Source: Candidatus Omnitrophota bacterium
GTDB lineage: Bacteria > Omnitrophota > Gorgyraeia > B26-G9
Assembly: GCA_016213925.1 (NCBI GenBank)
Contig: JACQZH010000013.1
Coordinates: forward strand, 14,034-78,033
DNA length: 64,000 nucleotides
Direction of reading: 5' to 3'
Numbering within the stretch: position 1 is the stretch's first letter; every line of letters begins with the position of its first letter. The notes under the pieces are model-generated. The model was not told where the DNA came from, made no database searches, and worked only from the letters and a program-made list of their open reading frames with translations. A program made the position numbers and the translations under genes. Shown piece after piece: positions 57,356-64,000 of the stretch.

Positions 57356-58425
57356 ATTATATGGATATCAAGAGAAGGAAATCAAACAAAATTTTTGCCG
57401 GCGGCGTTCCTATTGGAGGAGATAGCCCGGTTACAATCCAGTCTATGACCACTACTGATACAACTGATGTTAATGCTACGGTGCGCCAGATAAAACGCCT
57501 TGAACGGGTCGGTTGTCAGATAATCAGAGTGGCAGTCTTAAATGAACAGGCTGCTAAAGCAATTATAAAGATAAAGCCTAAAATAAAAATTCCTTTGGTA
57601 GCTGATATCCACTTTGATTATCGGCTTGCGCTTAGCAGTATTAGGTATGGCGCGGACAAGATCAGATTGAATCCTGGTAACATTGAAAAAGAAGCGCATG
57701 TAGAACAGGTTATCAGGCTGGCTAAAGAGTATAAAATACCGATGCGTATAGGCATTAATTCAGGGTCTGTAAAAAGGCATCTTAAGAACAGCCTTGTTGA
57801 GGATATGGTCTCGGCGGCTAGGGAGTATCTTTTGTTATTTGAAAAATATGGATTTTTCGATGTTGTGGTTTCTTTAAAAGCACACGATATTCTTACTACG
57901 ATAGAGGCTTACCGGAGAATGGCTAATGTAAGTGATGTGCCTTTGCATTTGGGGATAACAGCTGCCGGCCCGCTGCAAAGCGGTATAGTTAAATCTTGTA
58001 TCGGTATCGGCGGGTTATTGCTTGAAGGCATTGGCGATACAATAAGAGTTTCTTTAACAGCTGATCCTATAGAGGAAGTTGAAGTTGGGAAAAAGATATT
58101 AGCGGCGCTTGAGCTGCGTAAATCCGGCATAGAGTTGATTTCCTGCCCTACTTGCGGCAGATGTACGATTGACTTGATTAGCCTTGTTAAACAGGCTGAA
58201 AAAAAGATAGCAGTATTAAACCATAATTTTAGCGGAAAAAAATTAAAAGTAGCAATGATGGGGTGTGTTGTTAACGGGCCTCAAGAGGCAAAGGATGCTG
58301 ATATAGGGATCGCATGGGGTGGCAAATCAGGGATTTTATTCAAAAAAGGAAAAAAAATAAGGCTGGTTAAAGAGAGCGAAATTATCGACGTTTTAATTCA
58401 AGAGGTGCGAAATGAGATGGACTGA
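57352..58425 (+). CDS. ispG: 4-hydroxy-3-methylbut-2-enyl diphosphate synthase
   Basis: IspG/GcpE pattern with a C-terminal SCPTCGRC cluster motif. The start is ambiguous, 57352 or 57361. Confidence 0.85.
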   Translation: MNYMDIKRRKSNKIFAGGVPIGGDSPVTIQSMTTTDTTDVNATVRQIKRLERVGCQIIRVAVLNEQAAKAIIKIKPKIKIPLVADIHFDYRLALSSIRYGADKIRLNPGNIEKEAHVEQVIRLAKEYKIPMRIGINSGSVKRHLKNSLVEDMVSAAREYLLLFEKYGFFDVVVSLKAHDILTTIEAYRRMANVSDVPLHLGITAAGPLQSGIVKSCIGIGGLLLEGIGDTIRVSLTADPIEEVEVGKKILAALELRKSGIELISCPTCGRCTIDLISLVKQAEKKIAVLNHNFSGKKLKVAMMGCVVNGPQEAKDADIGIAWGGKSGILFKKGKKIRLVKESEIIDVLIQEVRNEMD

Positions 58426-60124
58426 ATTTCTCTTGCCTACGCTTAAAGAAATTCCCTCGGAAGCGGAAGCTATAAGCCATATTTTAATGATCCGTGCCGG
58501 TTTGATCCGCAGATTAACTTCAGGGGTATATTCGTATTTGCCTTTAGGTTTGCGTGTGCTAAAAAAAGTTGAAAAAATTATCCGGCAGGAAATGGATTCC
58601 AAGCAGGCGCAGGAGGTCCTTTTGCCGGCAATTCAGCCTATTGAGTTATGGATTAAAAGCGGCCGGTTTGCGGCTCTAGGTGAAGATATGATTACGTTTA
58701 CTGACCGGCATAAAAAAGTTAATGTATTAGGGCCTACACACGAAGAAGTAATTACGGCATTAGTTAAAAATGAGGTTAATTCGTATCGGCAGCTTCCTCT
58801 TATTCTTTACCAGATTCAAACTAAATTCCGCGATGAAGCCAGGCCGCGGTTTGGGGTAATGCGTTCTCGTGAGTTCATCATGAAAGACGCGTACAGTTTT
58901 GACTGTGATGGAGAAGGATTGAATACCAGTTATAATAAAATGTATCAAGCGTATTGCCGGATATTTAAAAGGTGCGGGTTGAATTTTATTGCAGTCGAAG
59001 CGGATACAGGTATTATGGGCGGAGATGTTTCGCATGAATTTATGGTGTTGGCAGAAAATGGCGAAGATATGGTTGTTATCTGTGAAAATTGTAAGTATGC
59101 GGTAAGTATGGATAAGGCGGAATGTGTTAAGCCGGTAACCAGAGGCCAGGAACCAGTAGCCAGAAAAATGGAGGAAGTAAAGACACCTGGTGTTAGTTCG
59201 GTTGAAGATGTAGCGAGATTTTTGAAAGTAGGAGCGGAACAACTGGTCAAAACACTTATATACATAGCGGATGATAAGCCAGTAGCTGTTCTTGTGCGCG
59301 GAGATCATGAAATAAATGAAACAAAACTTAACCGTCTTTTAAAAGCAGGCAGTTTATCTATGGCGGATGAAGAAACAATTCAAAAAGTTACAGGCGGCCC
59401 TTTAGGATTCAGCGGCCCAGTAGGATTAAGCGGCTTAAAAATAATAGCGGACTTAGGTATTGCTGCTTCGTCTAATTTTGTTGTTGGGGCGAATAAATCA
59501 GATGTCCATTTTGTAGGTGTAAATATAGAAAGAGATTTTAAAGTCTGGCAATGGGCAGATGTACGTAATATCATGGACAAAGATATATGTCCAAAATGTA
59601 TGCAGCCGATTAAAATAGAGCAAGCAATAGAAGTTGGGCATGTTTTTAAGCTTGGCACGAAGTATACCGAAAACTTAAATGCTACTTTTCTTGATGAACA
59701 AGGCAAGGCTAAAAAAATTATTATGGGTTGCTATGGTATCGGAGTAACCAGGCTTATTGCCGCTTGTATTGAGCAAAATTGCGATAAAAACGGGATAATC
59801 TGGCCTAAAGAGATTGCTCCGTTTCAGGTAATACTTATGCCGCTTAATACTGCACATGTGTTATCAATGGATTTTGCCAGAACTATTTATGGACATCTAA
59901 CTGAACGCAATATTGAGGTTCTTTTGGATGATCGTGATATTCGTGCCGGAATAAAATTTAAAGATGCGGATTTAATTGGAATCCCTTTGCAGATTATAAT
60001 AGGAGAAAAGAATCTTGAGCAGAACCGTATAGAAATAAAGGAACGAATGACAGGGCAAAGATATATTATTGCGCTGGATGAAGCGTTAAAAAAAACCATT
60101 GAATTGTTAAAAATACCTGGCTGA
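58412..60124 (+). CDS. proS: Prolyl-tRNA synthetase (bacterial type with an editing insertion)
   Basis: N-terminal HILMIRAGLIRRLTSGVYSYLPLGLRVL. Class II motifs are present and the length is 570 aa. Confidence 0.9.
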   Translation: MRWTEFLLPTLKEIPSEAEAISHILMIRAGLIRRLTSGVYSYLPLGLRVLKKVEKIIRQEMDSKQAQEVLLPAIQPIELWIKSGRFAALGEDMITFTDRHKKVNVLGPTHEEVITALVKNEVNSYRQLPLILYQIQTKFRDEARPRFGVMRSREFIMKDAYSFDCDGEGLNTSYNKMYQAYCRIFKRCGLNFIAVEADTGIMGGDVSHEFMVLAENGEDMVVICENCKYAVSMDKAECVKPVTRGQEPVARKMEEVKTPGVSSVEDVARFLKVGAEQLVKTLIYIADDKPVAVLVRGDHEINETKLNRLLKAGSLSMADEETIQKVTGGPLGFSGPVGLSGLKIIADLGIAASSNFVVGANKSDVHFVGVNIERDFKVWQWADVRNIMDKDICPKCMQPIKIEQAIEVGHVFKLGTKYTENLNATFLDEQGKAKKIIMGCYGIGVTRLIAACIEQNCDKNGIIWPKEIAPFQVILMPLNTAHVLSMDFARTIYGHLTERNIEVLLDDRDIRAGIKFKDADLIGIPLQIIIGEKNLEQNRIEIKERMTGQRYIIALDEALKKTIELLKIPG

Positions 60125-60181
60125 CGGTGTGTAAATATTAGTTATTTCCTGAATTAGAACTTGCAAGGTTCAAAAAAAATA

Positions 60182-60210
60182 TTGACATAGGATTAAAATT
60201 ATGTTAATAA
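60182..60210 (+). promoter_or_regulatory. Weak candidate promoter for the pilM-pilQ operon
   Basis: TTGACA (60182-60187), a 17-nt spacer, then TAATAA (60205-60210), about 70 nt upstream of ATG 60283. The -10 element is poor. Confidence 0.2.
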
Positions 60211-60282
60211 TGATTTAACAATGAATTAAAGGAAATGATTCGCGTTTAAAAGGATTTTAGAAGAAATAAATGGACTTAAAAT

Positions 60283-61893
60283 ATGTTGTTTTTTAAAACT
60301 ACAGTAGGTCTTTATATTGGCCCTAAGGCTGTACAGCTTGCCGAGCTGCAAGCTGTTGGTAAAAAAATTCAACTAGTAAACTTTATCCATCTTGATATAG
60401 AAGCAGAGCAGGCTGGTAATTTGGATAAAGAAGAGCTTCTAGTTACAACTCTCCGCAAAGCACTTAATAAATCAAAAATAGATCCAAGACGGGTAAATAC
60501 CGTATTGCTGCCAGGGATGGTTTTGCTGCGTTATTTCCAAATGCCTAGAATTAGTGCCGAAGAAATGGAAGAGGCTGTCAGGTTTGAGGCAAGGAAATAT
60601 ATTCCTTTTCGATTGGAGGAAGCGGTAACAGGTTTTTACATTCTTAAGGATGATCATGAAAGCAGAAAAATCGGTATTCTGTCTTTAGTGACTAAAGAAG
60701 AATCTATAAAAAGTCATTTAACTGTTTTGCATAAGGTTAACGTAAGCCCTTCTTCAGTAGAAACAGCTTCTTTTGCGTTATTGCGCCTATTGGAGCATAA
60801 CGCGGAAATTGACCGTCAAAAATCTAATTTAGTGTTATATCTTTATGCGCAAAGGCTTAATATTATTATCTTGAAAAACGGTATCCCCTATTTTGTCCGT
60901 GATATTTCACTGGCTAAAAAAGAGGAATGGATAGACGATGAGGCAGCGGAGTTTTTAATGGGAGGGAAAATAATCCCTTCTGATAACCGGCTTATAACTT
61001 TGGAAAACATGGTCAGCGAACTTAAAATATCGCTAAAAAATAATAAAAAAGAATTAGGGAATGAAGAAGTCAGTAAAGTAGTTCTTTGCGGTGAGCTTGA
61101 TAACTTTGATGATCTTGCTGCGGTAAAAGAAGTGGCGCAGGCGCAACCGGATAATCTGTGTCCTTTGGGTATTTATATTGAAAAGCAGCTGAATGTTCCT
61201 GTGCATATTGTTGATCCTTTGAAGAACGTCATAATTCCGAAAGTAAAGCCGCTTCCCTATACTTTTCCGATGATTGCAGTTACTGTTGGTGCCGGTTTAA
61301 GAAATTTAACCAAATCTACAGTAGAAATAGACTTGTTTAGCGCGCGTAAAAAACCAAGTTTAAAAGCGAAAATTTTTGTATATAAACTTGTTTTAGGCGG
61401 TTTGGCTGCGTTGCTGCTTTCCTATCTTATTATATTTGTTTTTTTTCAAGTTTTTGAATCTAAAGAGAAGAATCTTTTAGAACAAGAAAAACGTAATCGG
61501 CCAAAATTTATGGATTTAAGCCATTTTAGCGACGAACAGCTTAATACCGGGAAAACAGAAATATTGCAGCGTTTGGATATATATAACCAGCTTGTATTAA
61601 AACGCTTTATAGTTACTGATAAATTAAGCATTTTCCCGGAAACTATGATGGAGGATATCTGGCTTAATTCACTTCTATTTACTTATATTACGACATCTGA
61701 CGCAAAGAGCATTAAAAAAGATGTCATATTGCAAATGGAAGGAAATGTGTTCTCTAGTCAAAAAGGCTTGGAAGTAGAGATAGTTAATGATTTTGCTGAA
61801 GCGCTGAAAACTAATGATAAGTTTTATGAAGGGTTTTTGGTAATGAAGTTCCAGTTAACTTGTTATTCTTCCCCTAGCGAGAAAGAAGAATAA
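60283..61893 (+). CDS. pilM: Type IV pilus assembly PilM (actin-like ATPase fold) fused to a PilN-like bitopic C-terminal module
   Basis: PilM-like N-terminal 350 aa (LYIGPKAVQLAELQ..). A transmembrane helix (VYKLVLGGLAALLLSYLIIFV) follows, then a PilN-sized periplasmic tail of about 150 aa. Confidence 0.65.
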   Translation: MLFFKTTVGLYIGPKAVQLAELQAVGKKIQLVNFIHLDIEAEQAGNLDKEELLVTTLRKALNKSKIDPRRVNTVLLPGMVLLRYFQMPRISAEEMEEAVRFEARKYIPFRLEEAVTGFYILKDDHESRKIGILSLVTKEESIKSHLTVLHKVNVSPSSVETASFALLRLLEHNAEIDRQKSNLVLYLYAQRLNIIILKNGIPYFVRDISLAKKEEWIDDEAAEFLMGGKIIPSDNRLITLENMVSELKISLKNNKKELGNEEVSKVVLCGELDNFDDLAAVKEVAQAQPDNLCPLGIYIEKQLNVPVHIVDPLKNVIIPKVKPLPYTFPMIAVTVGAGLRNLTKSTVEIDLFSARKKPSLKAKIFVYKLVLGGLAALLLSYLIIFVFFQVFESKEKNLLEQEKRNRPKFMDLSHFSDEQLNTGKTEILQRLDIYNQLVLKRFIVTDKLSIFPETMMEDIWLNSLLFTYITTSDAKSIKKDVILQMEGNVFSSQKGLEVEIVNDFAEALKTNDKFYEGFLVMKFQLTCYSSPSEKEE

Positions 61894-61908
61894 AAGAATG
61901 GGAGTGAA

Positions 61909-62442
61909 ATGATAAAAAAAATTATACCTAGGGAAATACAACAATCATTAATACTAGCTATAGCAATTTTTGTCTTTTTGCTTTTTTGGGGAGGGAAGTT
62001 TATATATGGGAAAAGTATTGTTCGTTTGAAAAAGTATTCAGACGAACGCAAACGTTTAAAACTTGAAAATGAAGTGGGGAACAAACTGAATCAGCTGATT
62101 AAAATACGTGAAGAAATGAAGGTGGTTACGGAAAGTTCCCGTTTTTTATCTGAAGTAGCAAAGCTAGCCGGACAAATGAATATGAAGTTAAGTTCGATTG
62201 CAGCTTTACCTGCGGATAAACGTAAGGAGTTAGTGAGCCTGGGAGTAAGTTTAGAGCTGGATACAACCTATCATGAATTGGGCCTTTTTATTAGCAAAGT
62301 AGAAAGTTCTGATTTGTTTATGAGTGTGCAAAAAATGGAAATTGTCAGCAATCTGCAGAAAGAAAACGCGGAAAAACCGCGGATTATTGCTAAACTAGTT
62401 TTAAATACGCTGACTTTAAATGATACTATTTTAGAAAAATGA
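61909..62442 (+). CDS. PilO/PilN-like bitopic pilus assembly protein
   Basis: A short cytoplasmic N-terminus, one transmembrane helix (LILAIAIFVFLLFW), a coiled-coil-like segment and an ~80-aa periplasmic domain. Position between pilM and pilP. Confidence 0.55.
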   Translation: MIKKIIPREIQQSLILAIAIFVFLLFWGGKFIYGKSIVRLKKYSDERKRLKLENEVGNKLNQLIKIREEMKVVTESSRFLSEVAKLAGQMNMKLSSIAALPADKRKELVSLGVSLELDTTYHELGLFISKVESSDLFMSVQKMEIVSNLQKENAEKPRIIAKLVLNTLTLNDTILEK

Positions 62443-62972
62443 TGAAAAAGACGATCTTATTTTATGTGATTATTGCGTTGATTCTATCAAGCATGGGGCA
62501 GGCTTTTGCCGGGAAAAAAGCTGAAAAATCTGAGTCAGCTAAACCGAAAAAATCTGAGTCAGCTAAACCGAAAAAATCTGAGTCAGCTAAAGAGAAAAAA
62601 ATTGAGGCGGATAAAGAGATTGACATTAGTAAAGTGATTAAAGAAGTAAAATATACGGGGTTTGATAAAAGGGATCCTTTTGCTGTTAATAAGCAGTTGG
62701 CAAAAATGCTTAAGACCCCTGAAATATTGCCTGGACAAAAAGAAACACCTGTTAAAATGCCTGCAGTTGATGTGCAAGGTGTAATTTGGAGTAAAAGAAT
62801 GCCGCAGGTTATAATAAATGACGCGGTCATGAAAGCAGGCGATTTTATAGGCGAGTTTGAAATAAAAGAAGTTACTAGAAATGGGATTATTCTTTTTCAT
62901 AAAGGAGTAGAATATAAATTAGGAATTCAAAATAGTGAAGAGAATTCAAAAAGTAAAAAGAAGAAAAAATAA
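62439..62972 (+). CDS. PilP-like periplasmic/lipoprotein pilus assembly protein with a K/S/E repeat linker
   Basis: A signal peptide, then the repeat (KSESAKPK)x3, then a C-terminal beta-domain (VQGVIWSKRMPQVIINDAVMKAGDFIGEFEIKEV). Position is immediately upstream of the secretin. Confidence 0.5.
   Translation: MMKKTILFYVIIALILSSMGQAFAGKKAEKSESAKPKKSESAKPKKSESAKEKKIEADKEIDISKVIKEVKYTGFDKRDPFAVNKQLAKMLKTPEILPGQKETPVKMPAVDVQGVIWSKRMPQVIINDAVMKAGDFIGEFEIKEVTRNGIILFHKGVEYKLGIQNSEENSKSKKKKK
62523..62594 (+). repeat. 3 x 24-nt in-frame tandem repeat inside the pilP-like gene
   Basis: The unit AAAAAATCTGAGTCAGCTAAACCG repeats three times head to tail; the last copy diverges at its 3' end. Confidence 0.8.
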
Positions 62973-62983
62973 GGAGTTTTAAG

Positions 62984-64000
62984 ATGAAAAATTTTTTCAG
63001 AATATGTAGCAATATGGCAATGCTGGTGCTGTGTGTGCTGTTGTTTAGCGGCGGTAGATTATTCGCTCAAACCGAGTATTCGGTGGAAGATGATATCGAA
63101 GTGAAAACTCAAGAAGAGGAAGGGGTAGTTTCGCTTGATTTTAAAGATGCTGATCTTCGGGATGTTTTGAAAGTTTTTTCGCAGCAATCCGGGTTGAATT
63201 TTATCGCGGCGAAAGAAATAGAAGAAAAAAAGATTACGCTGTATATGAGTGATGTTAAAGTAGAGGATGCTTTGAAAACATTGTTAGACGCTAACAATTT
63301 AGGAGTGTACCAGGCAGCTGGCAGCAATATACTTATTGTTAGGCAAAAACCAACTGCTCCTTTGCAAACAGAGACACGCGTTTATAAGTTACGTTATTTT
63401 TTCGGTAATATTTCTCCAGGAGCTTATTTGATGGGGGAAAAAAGCTCAGATGCTCGATCAAAAGGTGTTGCGTCGGGATGGGATAATATTATAAAACCAT
63501 TATTAAGTGAATTTGGCTCGATGGTTGCCTATTCTAATCTGGTTATTATTACTGATGTGCCAGAGCGTTTTAAGCTTATAGACCAAGTAATCAGTGAAGT
63601 GGATAAACCTGTTCCTGAAGTAATGATTGAGGTAGAGCTGATAGAAACAACTACTGACTTTTTGAAAGAATTAGGGGTGAAATGGAATAAAGAATTTATC
63701 AGCTATGCCAGCGGCCCTGCGCGGATAACACCCTTTCCTTTTACGCCTTGGGAACAGTATCAATCCGGAGAGATTGGGATTACTCCTTTGTCCAAAGACG
63801 GTGCGGTATTTCAATACGGATTAATTTCATCAACAGCGCTTAGTTGGGTTTTAGAAATGCTTCAAACAAATACAGATACAAAGTTTTTATCTAAACCGCG
63901 TATTTTGTGCCAGGATAGAGAATGGGCAGAGATTAAGATTGTTGCGGACCAGGTGGTTTCACTTAAAACAACCAGAGACAAGGATGGCAATATAGAGATG
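62984..64000 (+). CDS. pilQ: Type IV pilus secretin PilQ, N-terminal 339 codons; the gene continues past the window end
   Basis: I translated the frame by hand: it is open from ATG 62984 to nt 64000, with a GGAG RBS. It has a signal peptide, an N0-like VSLDFKDADLRDVLKVFSQQSGLNFI block and a secretin_N-like VMIEVELIETTTDFLKELGVKWN block. It is absent from the ORF track because no stop codon lies in the window. Confidence 0.8.
   Translation, partial: MKNFFRICSNMAMLVLCVLLFSGGRLFAQTEYSVEDDIEVKTQEEEGVVSLDFKDADLRDVLKVFSQQSGLNFIAAKEIEEKKITLYMSDVKVEDALKTLLDANNLGVYQAAGSNILIVRQKPTAPLQTETRVYKLRYFFGNISPGAYLMGEKSSDARSKGVASGWDNIIKPLLSEFGSMVAYSNLVIITDVPERFKLIDQVISEVDKPVPEVMIEVELIETTTDFLKELGVKWNKEFISYASGPARITPFPFTPWEQYQSGEIGITPLSKDGAVFQYGLISSTALSWVLEMLQTNTDTKFLSKPRILCQDREWAEIKIVADQVVSLKTTRDKDGNIEM

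Noticed and set aside
60161-60180. Possible hairpin after proS that might act as a terminator
   Set aside because: The stem is short and imperfect, and it is followed by an A-run rather than a T-run on the coding strand.
62523-62594. Short direct repeats that might suggest a CRISPR array
   Set aside because: There are only three 24-nt units, with no spacers, and they are in-frame inside the pilP-like coding sequence. This is a coding tandem repeat, not CRISPR.

Overview
Window of about 64 kb, AT-rich (GC roughly mid-30s %), probably from an uncultivated bacterium. Every credible gene is on the + strand; all minus-strand ORFs in the track look like antisense artefacts. No rRNA, tRNA or CRISPR array was seen.

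Content in order:
(1) About 45 kb of cell-surface glycan/glycoconjugate biosynthesis. It contains several SDR epimerase/dehydratases, an ATP-grasp enzyme, HAD phosphatases, two DegT-type sugar aminotransferases (one with a Cys4 insertion), GT2/GT4/GT-A glycosyltransferases, two ArnC-like polyprenyl-phosphate GT2 enzymes and an ArnE-like small flippase subunit. It also contains two tandem B12-binding radical SAM enzymes followed by a zinc-ribbon methyltransferase, a second zinc-ribbon methyltransferase, a glycerophosphodiester phosphodiesterase (GDPD), and three paralogous nucleotidyltransferases (one decayed). A GHMP sugar kinase, a split transketolase and an HddC-like nucleotidyltransferase form a module. 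fcl and a ManC-type mannose-1-phosphate guanylyltransferase/isomerase (GDP-mannose/GDP-fucose pathway) are present. Many large polytopic membrane proteins occur, including two tandem roughly 830-aa paralogs and a 977-aa protein carrying a novel repeated C-terminal domain.
(2) An AbiEii/AbiEi-like toxin-antitoxin pair with a near-consensus sigma70 promoter, inserted inside the glycan region.
(3) A 680-bp gene-free palindrome-rich region, followed by a type IV pilin gene.
(4) The most unusual part: a ParA-type ATPase fused to a CBM48/AMPK-beta-like glycogen-binding domain. It is followed by a degenerate ParA-like protein, a PD-(D/E)xK nuclease-like protein, a YfiH/PgeF protein, a Lys-rich DUF4912 protein and a GH57 alpha-glucan branching-type enzyme. 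Two of these proteins share a ParB-like N-terminal LGKGLEDIS peptide. This looks like an undescribed ParA-based system for positioning or segregating alpha-glucan (glycogen) granules or their enzymes.
(5) The conserved housekeeping block uppS-cdsA-dxr-rseP-ispG-proS.
(6) A type IV pilus assembly operon, pilM(N-fused)-pilO-pilP-pilQ, running off the window end.
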